Positions 28,863 through 37,606 are shown, counted from the stretch's first letter. The stretch: DNA of 64,000 bases from Clostridia bacterium (GCA_036652795.1 JAVVVD010000006.1:8164-72163); one strand, 5' to 3'. Numbers and translations are program-made. Notes: generated from the sequence alone by a model not told the origin.

Positions 28863-31800
28863 TTGAAGAAAAGGGATACAGGCTTTACATTGACGGAGCT
28901 GATAGTGACCATCGCTATAATCGCGGTGCTTGCTGGCGTCGCCATACCCAGTATCGCAGGGGCAATGAAGACGGCAAGGCTTGTGCGTTATGACGAACAT
29001 GCGCGCACGATATTCCTTGCGGCGCAAACCCGCCTGACCAACATGCACTACAGCGGTGAGCTGGAAAAAGTGAATATCGAGACTGAGACAAAACTGGTTA
29101 CTGCCGATAAGGTGGCGAATGTGCCGCAGAATGCGGATGTGCGCTACATGAGGATTGATTTGAACGATACTCTGCCAAATACGCAGCGGGATGCGCAGCT
29201 TGCGGATCTGCTTAAGTGGCAGCTTAACGATACATCGATGCAAAATGCCAGCGTATTGCTGGAGTACAGCGCCGTAACAGGGCGCGTATACGCCGTGCTT
29301 TACAGCGAGGAGGCAGAGGGCTTTAGATATGCCGATGAAGCAGGTGCGGGCTTCGTTAACGTATCCGTGCGTACGGAGACTGCGAAGCGCCGCGGTATGT
29401 TTGGCTATTATGGTGTGGATACGCTAAACGTGGGTGTGACTGATGCGGTGCTGGAGCTTGACGAAGTGAGCCTCGTGAATGCGGACAGGCTGTATCTGAC
29501 ATGGACGATTAAAAGCGTATCAGGTACGCTGCCAAACGACGCCAACGCAGAATACACCATTAAACTATATGACAAAAATCAGAAGGAATGCTACAGCTTT
29601 AGCGTAAATGGATCGCAAATAAACGCAAACAGCGTTGGTGCGCCGCTGCTTAACCTTTCAAATTATGACGTAACGGCGCAAACCAAGCGCGTAGATGGTA
29701 CAGCGCAGAATATGCAGCATTGCATATATAAAGAGGGCGCACGCTACTTCCTTGTGCTGGACGCAATGGATATTGGCGGCACATATGGCATAATAAAAAG
29801 ATATGCTGATATACCGGCTGGCAATATGTATGCCACGTTAAGCGTGGCAGCGGCAGGCGGCGCGCCAAGTGACCCAATAGTCACCGCCATGGAGCATACA
29901 CTATTTACAACCAAGGATAAAAGCGTAGATGGAGCGGAGCTTAAATTAAACAATAAACAATATGCAATAGCGTATCCGCGGCATCTATATAATGTGCGCT
30001 TTATGGATGCAAAAACGGACTATGTGCAGATAAGTGACGTGGATTTTGACGCCGCGGTAAAGGGAAGATATATAACTAACAACGGAGCAAGCCTAAGCGA
30101 AGGCCTGCTGCCTGTGCCAAGCTTTGGCGCTGCTACTAACGTAAAGTACAATGGCAAATACAGCGGGAAATACAACGGGATAGTGCATTCCATAATAGGT
30201 GCGCAGATACAGCGCATAGATGGATACCCTGCCGGATTATTTGGCGAGGTGGACAAACAGGGAAATGTAGTGGATCTTATTTTAAAGCGCGTCAGCGTTG
30301 TAGGCGTGCCGGTAGTCAGCAAACCAACCGGTGCCGTAGCTGGAATTAACAGGGGCACAATATCAGGCGTACAGGCGCTGGATATAAAGGTAACCGGGCT
30401 GGATTATGTTGGCGGGCTGGTAGGCTATGGCGAAATCATGAGCAACATAACGAATTGCTCCACCTCAATGACCCAGGACAGCGGTGCGCTTGTTTCAGGC
30501 AAAAGCTATGTGGGCGGTATAGTGGGCTATAATGTGGCGCAGAACAAGAGCAACGGAGCGCTAATTGGCCTTGTTAACAGGCTGACAGTTAAAGGCAGCG
30601 GGGATCATATAGGCGGCATAGTCGGATATATGAAGCCGGCGAATATTTCGTATAATGAAGACAATGTGAGTATAGCCGGGTGTAAAAATATGGGCAGCGT
30701 GAGCTGCACGGCAAGTGGTATGTCAAGAGTGGGCGGGATAACCGGAGAATGCCCTGACGGTATGCTGATAAGAAATTGCGAAAACTATGGTGATGTTAAC
30801 GGCGGAATGTATGCCGGCGGAATTGCCGGCCGCAATCTGGGCTGGGTATTGGACTGCATGGCGATGGGCGGCACTATAACATCAAGCAGTACAGGCGCAT
30901 GCATAGGCGGGATTACAGGAGTAAACAGTCTAATAGGAACAATAGAATACAAGTATATACAGCGCAATAGCGAGGGCTATCACGTGCTAGCCACAAATAT
31001 AAGAGCGGGCGGCAGCAACCAGTACGCGGGCGGAGTTACAGGCAAGAACGATGCGGATTCGATATTTATGACGGCGTTTAAATATTTTGACTTTGCAGGC
31101 ACTGCTACCCAGCTTGCTAATACCACAGGCGTTCAGCTTGGGGGGATAATAGGACGGCTGAGGGCCAATGAATTCATTTCAAATTGCACGTTAAGCGGCA
31201 TCGTATCGGGCGTTGACGGCTATACCGGCGGATTGGTTGGCTATAATGAAGGCAAGGTAGGCAATGTAACAATAGCTGGCCGCAAAAATGCACCACGAGT
31301 ATCGGGCGGCAGCAACGTGGGTGGTATCGCGGGCGGCTGCGGAAGTGGCGCGGCCATAACTGATGTGAAGGTAAACAACACGGATGGTGCGCTCAAGGCA
31401 ATGATAGTAACCGGAAGCGGAAACAATGTGGGTGGAATAACTGGAAGTGCGGCGAATGTAACAAAGCTGACGCTGAATAATATAGAAACATATGCATCCG
31501 TAAGCGGAAGCGGCACAAGGGTGGGCGCAATAGCGGGCAGCATCGTTGCAGGGAGGCTTAACTCTAAAGGGGCCGTGAGCATAAGCAAATGCCGCAACTA
31601 CGGCAGCGTTTATGGGCATGGCGTATCGTGCGGCGGTATAGCTGGCTTTATATCCAACAACGTAGGCAGCGCTGCGCCGTTGCTTATTGAAGATTGCCAT
31701 AACGGTGGACGCATACACAATACAGATGAACAAGTGGGCGGCATAATCGGCGGCAGCATAAATGCGATCGAGGTGTCTGGGTGCAGCAACATGAATAGCG

Positions 31801-33734
31801 GCGTCGTAACGGGTAATACAGATAGGATAGGCGGCATAATAGGGTTTGCTACAGGCTCGAATCAGGTTAAGATAACAAACTGCGAGTGCAATGGCAAAGT
31901 GGCCGGATTGAGTGCAGGGGGATCGAATCAAAGCGAGTTTGTTGCGGGTATAATAGGGTTTGTTGAAGGTGAAATAGGGACGAGTATAGCTGAGTGCACG
32001 CTAAGATCCACAGCAGATATATCGGCATCAAAATCGGTGGCGGGTATACTTGGCGGCAGCTTATTCAATAATGGGATGAGCATAACGCGCTGCGTCACAC
32101 AGACGGGCGCCTCGATTGTAGCGGAGCAGAATATTGCGGGCGGAATAGTAGCGTACGGCGGTAACAAAATTGCTATAACGGATTGCGTAAATAGCGCCAA
32201 TATCAGCGCTGCTAAAGCGGGCGCGGTTGGTGGTATCGCGGGGATTGTAGCAGATAACAGCAGCATTATTAACTGCAAAAATTATGGCTCCATCACAGCT
32301 GCAAGCGGTGTTGGCGGCATAGTTGGCGTAATAAGCCATCTGGCGTCAAATAACGGGACTGATGTGCGGGATTGCGCAAACTATGGCACGCTAAATGCTA
32401 TGGCGGACAATGCGGGCGGTATAGTGGGATGTATGGAAAGCAAAAAGGATAAAATTTCCGATTGCGTAAACTATGGCGCGCTTAAAATTAGCGGAAGCGG
32501 AAGCGTCGCGAGGTTTGGCGGCATAGTTGGGAAATCCTATGCAAGCACCATAAACGGCTGTGTGAATTTGGGCGCAATCGTCACGGCTGCCGATTCGAAT
32601 GCGGCAATCAAATATATAGGCGGAATTGTGGGCAATATGCCAATGGCGGCGGACAGCCTTGCTTCCTGCATAAATATAGCGCCAATCACAATAGGCGGCG
32701 TATCGGCAAGCTGTGTCGGTGGCGTAGTCGGCTCAAACGCAGGTATTGTTACGGGTTGCTCCGCGCTTATTACGGCCGAAACAACGCTTAGCGATGCGCT
32801 TAAGGCGGCAATTGCAGCAGCTGCACAGCTTGATGCGCAGTTATTTATTAAATGCCCGCCACAAAACGGCTTTGCAGTAGGTGCGGCTGAGATAAGTATT
32901 GCGCCGTATGCGGATTGCATAGGCGGCATTGCGGGTGAAAACAAGCTTGATGCGCAGATCATAAACGGGGTGGGTGCAAATGGCGTTGTTAGGAGCGAGC
33001 TCAATATTGCTACGGGAGATAGCGCTGATAAGCAAGGATGCATTGGCGGCATAGCAGGCTCAAACGCCGGCACCGTGCTTGGCTGCTATTATTCTGGAAC
33101 TATAAGCATAAATTCTATTGGCACGGCCTCCAGTGTGGGCGGCCTTGTTGGCACGGATGCAGAAGGAAGCAACAGTACAATAACCAATAGCTACTATATA
33201 GGCAACATGGCGGGCAGCGCACAAACGAGCGTATACCGAGGTGGAATACTCGGCGTTGCTGTAGATAATGGCGGAGTGATAATATCAGGTTGCGGATACA
33301 ACACAGCGGGCGTGCCGGAAACAACGGTGGACGGAGTAGCACAAAAGCGCATAATAGGCAATTATACAAACCAAATGCCGCCGTCAACGGGGGCTGTGGA
33401 GGGAAGCTTCACACAGGGGAGTGCTGTGGGCGCGATTATAGGCTATGTGCCAGGGGCCGCAATGATGCCGCCGCAGATTATTACCCCAACGGATATACCG
33501 CCGGAGATCACAACCCCAACGGATATACCGCCGGAGATCACAACACCAACGGATATACCGCCGGAGGTCACAACCCCATCGGATATACCGCCGGAGATCA
33601 CAACCCCATCGGATATACCGCCGGAGGTCACAACCCCATCGGATGTGCTGCTGGAGAAGCGAGAAATCTTTGCGAATATAGCGATGCAAAGCATTAAAGA
33701 TGGTATACGTGGTGCGGTAAGGAGAACGGCATGA
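28863..33734 (+). CDS. Giant modular pilin-like protein: prepilin N-terminus + about 28 GLUG-type repeats + Pro/Thr tandem repeat (1623 aa)
   Basis: TTG start 8 nt after AAGGGGA. MKKRDTG|FTLTELIVTIAIIAVLAGVAIPS has Gly-1, Phe+1 and Glu+5. Residues about 505-1490 carry repeated hxxCxNxG...xGG[IL]xG units. The C-terminus is (TTP[TS]DIPPE[IV]) x about 5.5. Confidence 0.85.
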   Translation: MKKRDTGFTLTELIVTIAIIAVLAGVAIPSIAGAMKTARLVRYDEHARTIFLAAQTRLTNMHYSGELEKVNIETETKLVTADKVANVPQNADVRYMRIDLNDTLPNTQRDAQLADLLKWQLNDTSMQNASVLLEYSAVTGRVYAVLYSEEAEGFRYADEAGAGFVNVSVRTETAKRRGMFGYYGVDTLNVGVTDAVLELDEVSLVNADRLYLTWTIKSVSGTLPNDANAEYTIKLYDKNQKECYSFSVNGSQINANSVGAPLLNLSNYDVTAQTKRVDGTAQNMQHCIYKEGARYFLVLDAMDIGGTYGIIKRYADIPAGNMYATLSVAAAGGAPSDPIVTAMEHTLFTTKDKSVDGAELKLNNKQYAIAYPRHLYNVRFMDAKTDYVQISDVDFDAAVKGRYITNNGASLSEGLLPVPSFGAATNVKYNGKYSGKYNGIVHSIIGAQIQRIDGYPAGLFGEVDKQGNVVDLILKRVSVVGVPVVSKPTGAVAGINRGTISGVQALDIKVTGLDYVGGLVGYGEIMSNITNCSTSMTQDSGALVSGKSYVGGIVGYNVAQNKSNGALIGLVNRLTVKGSGDHIGGIVGYMKPANISYNEDNVSIAGCKNMGSVSCTASGMSRVGGITGECPDGMLIRNCENYGDVNGGMYAGGIAGRNLGWVLDCMAMGGTITSSSTGACIGGITGVNSLIGTIEYKYIQRNSEGYHVLATNIRAGGSNQYAGGVTGKNDADSIFMTAFKYFDFAGTATQLANTTGVQLGGIIGRLRANEFISNCTLSGIVSGVDGYTGGLVGYNEGKVGNVTIAGRKNAPRVSGGSNVGGIAGGCGSGAAITDVKVNNTDGALKAMIVTGSGNNVGGITGSAANVTKLTLNNIETYASVSGSGTRVGAIAGSIVAGRLNSKGAVSISKCRNYGSVYGHGVSCGGIAGFISNNVGSAAPLLIEDCHNGGRIHNTDEQVGGIIGGSINAIEVSGCSNMNSGVVTGNTDRIGGIIGFATGSNQVKITNCECNGKVAGLSAGGSNQSEFVAGIIGFVEGEIGTSIAECTLRSTADISASKSVAGILGGSLFNNGMSITRCVTQTGASIVAEQNIAGGIVAYGGNKIAITDCVNSANISAAKAGAVGGIAGIVADNSSIINCKNYGSITAASGVGGIVGVISHLASNNGTDVRDCANYGTLNAMADNAGGIVGCMESKKDKISDCVNYGALKISGSGSVARFGGIVGKSYASTINGCVNLGAIVTAADSNAAIKYIGGIVGNMPMAADSLASCINIAPITIGGVSASCVGGVVGSNAGIVTGCSALITAETTLSDALKAAIAAAAQLDAQLFIKCPPQNGFAVGAAEISIAPYADCIGGIAGENKLDAQIINGVGANGVVRSELNIATGDSADKQGCIGGIAGSNAGTVLGCYYSGTISINSIGTASSVGGLVGTDAEGSNSTITNSYYIGNMAGSAQTSVYRGGILGVAVDNGGVIISGCGYNTAGVPETTVDGVAQKRIIGNYTNQMPPSTGAVEGSFTQGSAVGAIIGYVPGAAMMPPQIITPTDIPPEITTPTDIPPEITTPTDIPPEVTTPSDIPPEITTPSDIPPEVTTPSDVLLEKREIFANIAMQSIKDGIRGAVRRTA
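33481..33647 (+). repeat. 30-bp in-frame tandem repeat, about 5.5 copies (caaccccaacggatataccgccggagatca)
   Basis: Near-identical units at 33481, 33511, 33541, 33571 and 33601, plus a partial unit at 33631. Differences are a few single bases (a/t, a/g). Confidence 0.95.
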
Positions 33735-34198
33735 CGACAGCTTATAAATACAGGAGATGGGTGGCACTAAATAGTGCAAAGCAGGGGCAGCGCGGTGTTG
33801 CGATGGTGATAGTGCTGTGCGCGTTTGCACTGATATTGGCATTGGGTACTGGCGCGCTGGTTGCGGCCAATGCTTCGTATGCAACTACGATCAACAGCGT
33901 GTCGCAGCAGCAGGCATACCTTACGGCCTACTCATTTTGCGAGACATTGCGTACCGAACTTGAAAACAACGATAGTGCGATATGCGCAAAGCTTAAAGCC
34001 ATACCTGATGGCGGGCAAACGGATATGACTGGTGCTACCACGGATATGGGTAGCGCGACGGGTATTACAGAGCGCAGCGGCAATCGCCTAAGCGTTACGG
34101 TGGATGGCGAATATAATGGGATGCACAGCAAGATGCAAATGCAGTTGATATTGCAGAATGGGAAATGGGTATTCAATACCTATTTGCCGGTGGCATAA
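33731..34198 (+). CDS. PilX_N/GspK-like minor pilin (non-canonical leader)
   Basis: ATGA overlap with the giant pilin stop. The N-terminus QRGVAMVIVLCAFALILALGTGALVAA resembles the PilX-N/GspK hydrophobic segment and lacks a G|F-T-L-x-E site. Confidence 0.5.
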   Translation: MTTAYKYRRWVALNSAKQGQRGVAMVIVLCAFALILALGTGALVAANASYATTINSVSQQQAYLTAYSFCETLRTELENNDSAICAKLKAIPDGGQTDMTGATTDMGSATGITERSGNRLSVTVDGEYNGMHSKMQMQLILQNGKWVFNTYLPVA

Positions 34199-34206
34199 GG
34201 GTAGAT

Positions 34207-34524
34207 ATGAAAAGAGCGCAGATGAAAAAATACATATGCAGCGGCAACGCAGGAATGACGTTGGTGGAGGTAATAATCTCGCTGGCGCTGATGGTGCTGC
34301 TATTTTCAGTGTTCGCTGTGTTTATACAGGGCGCTACCGCGATGAATAAGCGCACAATACTTGCGGATACGGCGCTTAGCAAGGCAAATAATGCCGTGCT
34401 TATGGATATGGCTGGCGAGCCGGACACGGTCACGATAACCATTGACGGGATGGATTATGAGATTAATGTAACTAGATATGCTGGCACAGGGGACGATGTG
34501 ACGCTTTGGAGGTTTGAACCATGA
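34207..34524 (+). CDS. Minor pilin/pseudopilin (prepilin-type N-terminal domain)
   Basis: MKRAQMKKYICSGNAG|MTLVEVIISLALMVLLF with Glu+5. The ATG at 34207 follows AAGGGTAG. Confidence 0.7.
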   Translation: MKRAQMKKYICSGNAGMTLVEVIISLALMVLLFSVFAVFIQGATAMNKRTILADTALSKANNAVLMDMAGEPDTVTITIDGMDYEINVTRYAGTGDDVTLWRFEP

Positions 34525-35015
34525 TGGGCGTGCATAAAAAGCAGAATTCCCGCATTAACGGCTTTACACTTGTGGAGCTGATAGTGACGCTTGCAATACT
34601 GACAATACTCACCGTCGGGCTTGCGGCGATAACCCCGGCTGCGCTCAATACGGCGCGCCTTTCGATTACACTATCGGAGGATAGGATGATAGCGCAGACC
34701 ATAATGGAGCAGCTGGCTCGCGAGATAGCGTGCGCGCAGGATGGCGATGTGGTGATAGGCACGGATGGCGCAACAATAGAATTTACGAGTAAATTATATG
34801 GCAGGATAAGCGTAAGCACATCTGGAGGAAGGGTGCATGTGATGGGCGGCGAAAATGAAATGGGACTAGAGGATAAGGCATATATGCAGCGCACCGCAAG
34901 CGCAACATTCACAAGCCTTAGCGGTGGATTTGTCAATATAAAGGTGAAGATAGCACGCGCGCAAGAGCAAAGCTATGAAACGGAGCGGCTGATAAAGCTT
35001 ATCAACACCAAATAA
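34521..35015 (+). CDS. Minor pilin/pseudopilin (prepilin-type N-terminal domain)
   Basis: MMGVHKKQNSRING|FTLVELIVTLAILTILT with Glu+5. ATGA overlap with the preceding gene. Confidence 0.8.
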   Translation: MMGVHKKQNSRINGFTLVELIVTLAILTILTVGLAAITPAALNTARLSITLSEDRMIAQTIMEQLAREIACAQDGDVVIGTDGATIEFTSKLYGRISVSTSGGRVHVMGGENEMGLEDKAYMQRTASATFTSLSGGFVNIKVKIARAQEQSYETERLIKLINTK

Positions 35016-35038
35016 TCAAGTCGGCACATAATGGAAGT

Positions 35039-35812
35039 CTATAGTATAAGCGAAAGATAGGCTGAGATGATCGCTTCGCCAAAGCAAGCGGACAGCATCA
35101 AGCCAACACATAGAAACGGCCCAAAGGCTATAGCAGTTTTGCCATTGGCTTTTTTTGTTATAAGCAGTATGGCCCCCGCTATGCCGCCTAGCAACGCAGC
35201 CATGAGGAAAGCGGTTAAGGTGAGCTTCCAGCCAAGGATAAGCCCTGCGGCGGCCATAAGCTTAACATCGCCAAAGCCGAACCCATGCGTAAAAATGGCG
35301 ATTACAAGCATTGGAATACTGACGCAAACGCTGCCGATTAGCCTACTCGCTATTGTAAGCTGTGGCGGTGGGCAAAGGTATGATAGCACAGCTAACGCTG
35401 CTATGGTGATAACCAGCGCATCTGGTATGGTATGGGTATGTAGGTCGATGAAGGATATGGCTATAAGTGTACAGAAGAATAACCCCATAACAGGTGCGAG
35501 CGGCGTAAATCCATAAACAATGGCCGCCACAACAAATGCGGCGCTGCCAAGCAGTTCTACAAGCGGATATAGCGGCGATATGCGCGTGCCGCAGGTTCGG
35601 CATTTGCCGCGCAGAAAGATATAGCTTATAAGCGGCACAAGCTCATATGCTTTTAACTGTGTGTTGCATTTGACGCAGTGAGATCGGCCACGCGATATGC
35701 TTTCATTGCGAGGGATACGCCATATACACACATTTAAAAAGCTGCCTATAGCAAGTCCGAAAAGCGCCATAAACAGATAATAAGGCCATAGATACGGCGC
35801 GAATAGGGGCAT
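35039..35812 (-). CDS. pilD: Prepilin peptidase (A24 family)
   Basis: N-terminal CxxC...CxxC (HCVKCNT...CRTCGT), multiple TM helices and a GFGDVKL aspartyl-protease motif. AAAGGAG SD upstream. Confidence 0.9.
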   Translation of the reverse strand: MPLFAPYLWPYYLFMALFGLAIGSFLNVCIWRIPRNESISRGRSHCVKCNTQLKAYELVPLISYIFLRGKCRTCGTRISPLYPLVELLGSAAFVVAAIVYGFTPLAPVMGLFFCTLIAISFIDLHTHTIPDALVITIAALAVLSYLCPPPQLTIASRLIGSVCVSIPMLVIAIFTHGFGFGDVKLMAAAGLILGWKLTLTAFLMAALLGGIAGAILLITKKANGKTAIAFGPFLCVGLMLSACFGEAIISAYLSLIL

Positions 35813-35842
35813 AGTCAGTCTCCTTTGAGCTTTAAAAAAGCA

Positions 35843-36625
35843 TCATTGCAGTGTGGCTGGATCTACCTGCTGCCGCCCGGACGGCTGATCGCTGCTCTGC
35901 AAAAATGGATATAGTTCAACCTTTTGAGGTGATTCTGTTGTGCCAAATGTGAACACACAGATCTTATCGGCAACGAATTCAAATCCGGATTGCACATATT
36001 CCACACCGCTTATATAGATGGAAGCTGATACTGGTGGAATATGCAGCTGCGGCGCACTGGAATCGCCAAAGTCTATTATTATATCCTCGCTCATCTCAAC
36101 CGTAAGCGTGATATTTCCGTTTGTGCCAATGCCAAGCTTTGTTGGAACAACGGTGTACGGCTTATCAAGATATGTCACGGTGTAGCCGATAAGGTTGCGG
36201 CACTTGGCCGCCATAAGCGCGCAATCACGGTAGTCGCCAAGCGCTAGGAAAGCGGCTTCAGCGGCCTTCGGGTTCGTCTGCATAAGCGCTGTGGCGGATT
36301 CGTAGTCTGCTGCATTTTTAAGCTCCGCATTACACGTGGCGTCAAGCGCCGCAGAGTCCTTGTAGCCAGAAAGCGATGCGAGTATTTCGGATGCGGCGGC
36401 AAAATCGCTCTGCTGCATCAACCCCTGCGCAATGAGATAACGGCATTCAACGGCAAGCTGTGCGCAGTCGCGGTAATCCTCAAGCTCGTCAAACATGGTA
36501 ACGGCGGCTTGATAGTCTCCGCTCTGCATAAGCGCCGTCGCTTCATCGTATGCGTTGATTTTAGCACAACCGTATAGTGGCAGCAGCATAAGTGCAACCA
36601 TTAACAACATGAAAATACGTTTCAT
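35843..36625 (-). CDS. Hypothetical lipoprotein with three ~42-aa helical repeats
   Basis: Lipobox LPLYGC. Three repeats follow the pattern Y..A..LMQ....A...F..L.dYrDsA.....C, then a C-terminal beta-rich domain. Confidence 0.6.
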   Translation of the reverse strand: MKRIFMLLMVALMLLPLYGCAKINAYDEATALMQSGDYQAAVTMFDELEDYRDCAQLAVECRYLIAQGLMQQSDFAAASEILASLSGYKDSAALDATCNAELKNAADYESATALMQTNPKAAEAAFLALGDYRDCALMAAKCRNLIGYTVTYLDKPYTVVPTKLGIGTNGNITLTVEMSEDIIIDFGDSSAPQLHIPPVSASIYISGVEYVQSGFEFVADKICVFTFGTTESPQKVELYPFLQSSDQPSGRQQVDPATLQ

Positions 36626-36641
36626 TATAGCTCCTTAGATG

Positions 36642-37448
36642 TTAAAAAATTTGCCCTAAAATATTGCCGGCCACTGCCAGTCCGAAAAAAGTCCACATAA
36701 TTCCCCAAAGGTTTATGGCGACGAGCACCGACGATGTAACTATGTTCAGCGTACGCGCGGTGCGATATTGTCTTTCAAATTCATCGGGGTTCGCTGCCTT
36801 GGAGGAATTAACGGTTTTTACTATGGCGATTATTGGCATTGCCAGCCAATAGCCAAATACAGTGTTTACTATTGACCATGCAAGCATACCAGAGGTGTTT
36901 CTGCTGACAATTGACTTAGGCGCACATGCATGGGTTGTGATGCCGCTGGATTCTGATGCTGCATTGGCGACGGCTGTGCCACACATGCGGCAAAAATGCG
37001 CGTCAACTTCCAGCGCCGCACCACATGCCGCGCATACTGCGGGCGCTGCATACGCTGGTATGGTGTGGGTGCAGATGTCGCTAAGGCTGCTAAGCATATT
37101 CTGGCGCTTTGATCTCTCGTTAGCAAGTCCGTCATCGGTAAACTGCGCGCCGTTTCGGGGGATTATCTCTGTTTCTAGCAGTGTAGAGCCATTTTGCTCG
37201 GAGAGAACATATATATCATCCGCCCAGCTGCCGCGTATCACAAGACGGGTGTTTAGAATGAATTCGCATATTTGTGACGTGCCACCGTATTGACCGCCAA
37301 ACGTGATAGAGCCGCCATTGTGGAAGCTTGCCGCGATAATAGGTACACCGTACCAGTGCACCCAGCTTTGTTTATTTGTAAGCACCTGCCAAACCTTGCC
37401 GATAGGAGCATTTATGAGTGTGTCTGCTTTGAGCGATATTGGCGCCAT
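36642..37448 (-). CDS. SRPBCC(AHSA1/START-like)-zinc ribbon-CD225/dispanin-like membrane fusion protein
   Basis: The N-terminus INAPIGKVWQVLTNKQSWVHWYG looks like SRPBCC. The middle has CAACGAAL...FCRMCG. The C-terminus has two TM helices flanking an amphipathic loop. GGAGG lies 8 nt before the ATG at 37448. Confidence 0.5.
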   Translation of the reverse strand: MAPISLKADTLINAPIGKVWQVLTNKQSWVHWYGVPIIAASFHNGGSITFGGQYGGTSQICEFILNTRLVIRGSWADDIYVLSEQNGSTLLETEIIPRNGAQFTDDGLANERSKRQNMLSSLSDICTHTIPAYAAPAVCAACGAALEVDAHFCRMCGTAVANAASESSGITTHACAPKSIVSRNTSGMLAWSIVNTVFGYWLAMPIIAIVKTVNSSKAANPDEFERQYRTARTLNIVTSSVLVAINLWGIMWTFFGLAVAGNILGQIF

Positions 37449-37569
37449 TGCTTTTACCTCCTGCATGGTTTAATGCGATGCGAATATAACAAACTATTCG
37501 CACTATATAACTGTTATTATACATACTTTTTGATTAAAATTCTACTGCGCATACAATATTCTGGATCGG

Positions 37570-37598
37570 TTGAAAAAAACAATCATCCAGATTATAAT
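37570..37598 (+). promoter_or_regulatory. Candidate sigma-A promoter giving a (near-)leaderless mRNA
   Basis: TTGAAA (37570-37575), 17 nt, TATAAT (37593-37598), 8 nt, ATG at 37607. No SD precedes that ATG. Confidence 0.45.
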
Positions 37599-37606
37599 TG
37601 AAATAT

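Noticed and set aside
33481-33647. Possible CRISPR array (regular ~30-bp repeats); the same thought applied to 41157-41366
   Set aside because: The repeats are directly contiguous with no unique spacers, are in frame within strong ORFs, and no cas genes are present.
33290-33884. ORFs 33290-33697 (+), 33384-33884 (-) and 33443-33694 (-) with repetitive peptides
   Set aside because: They are off-frame or antisense readings of the 30-bp tandem repeat at the end of the giant pilin gene.
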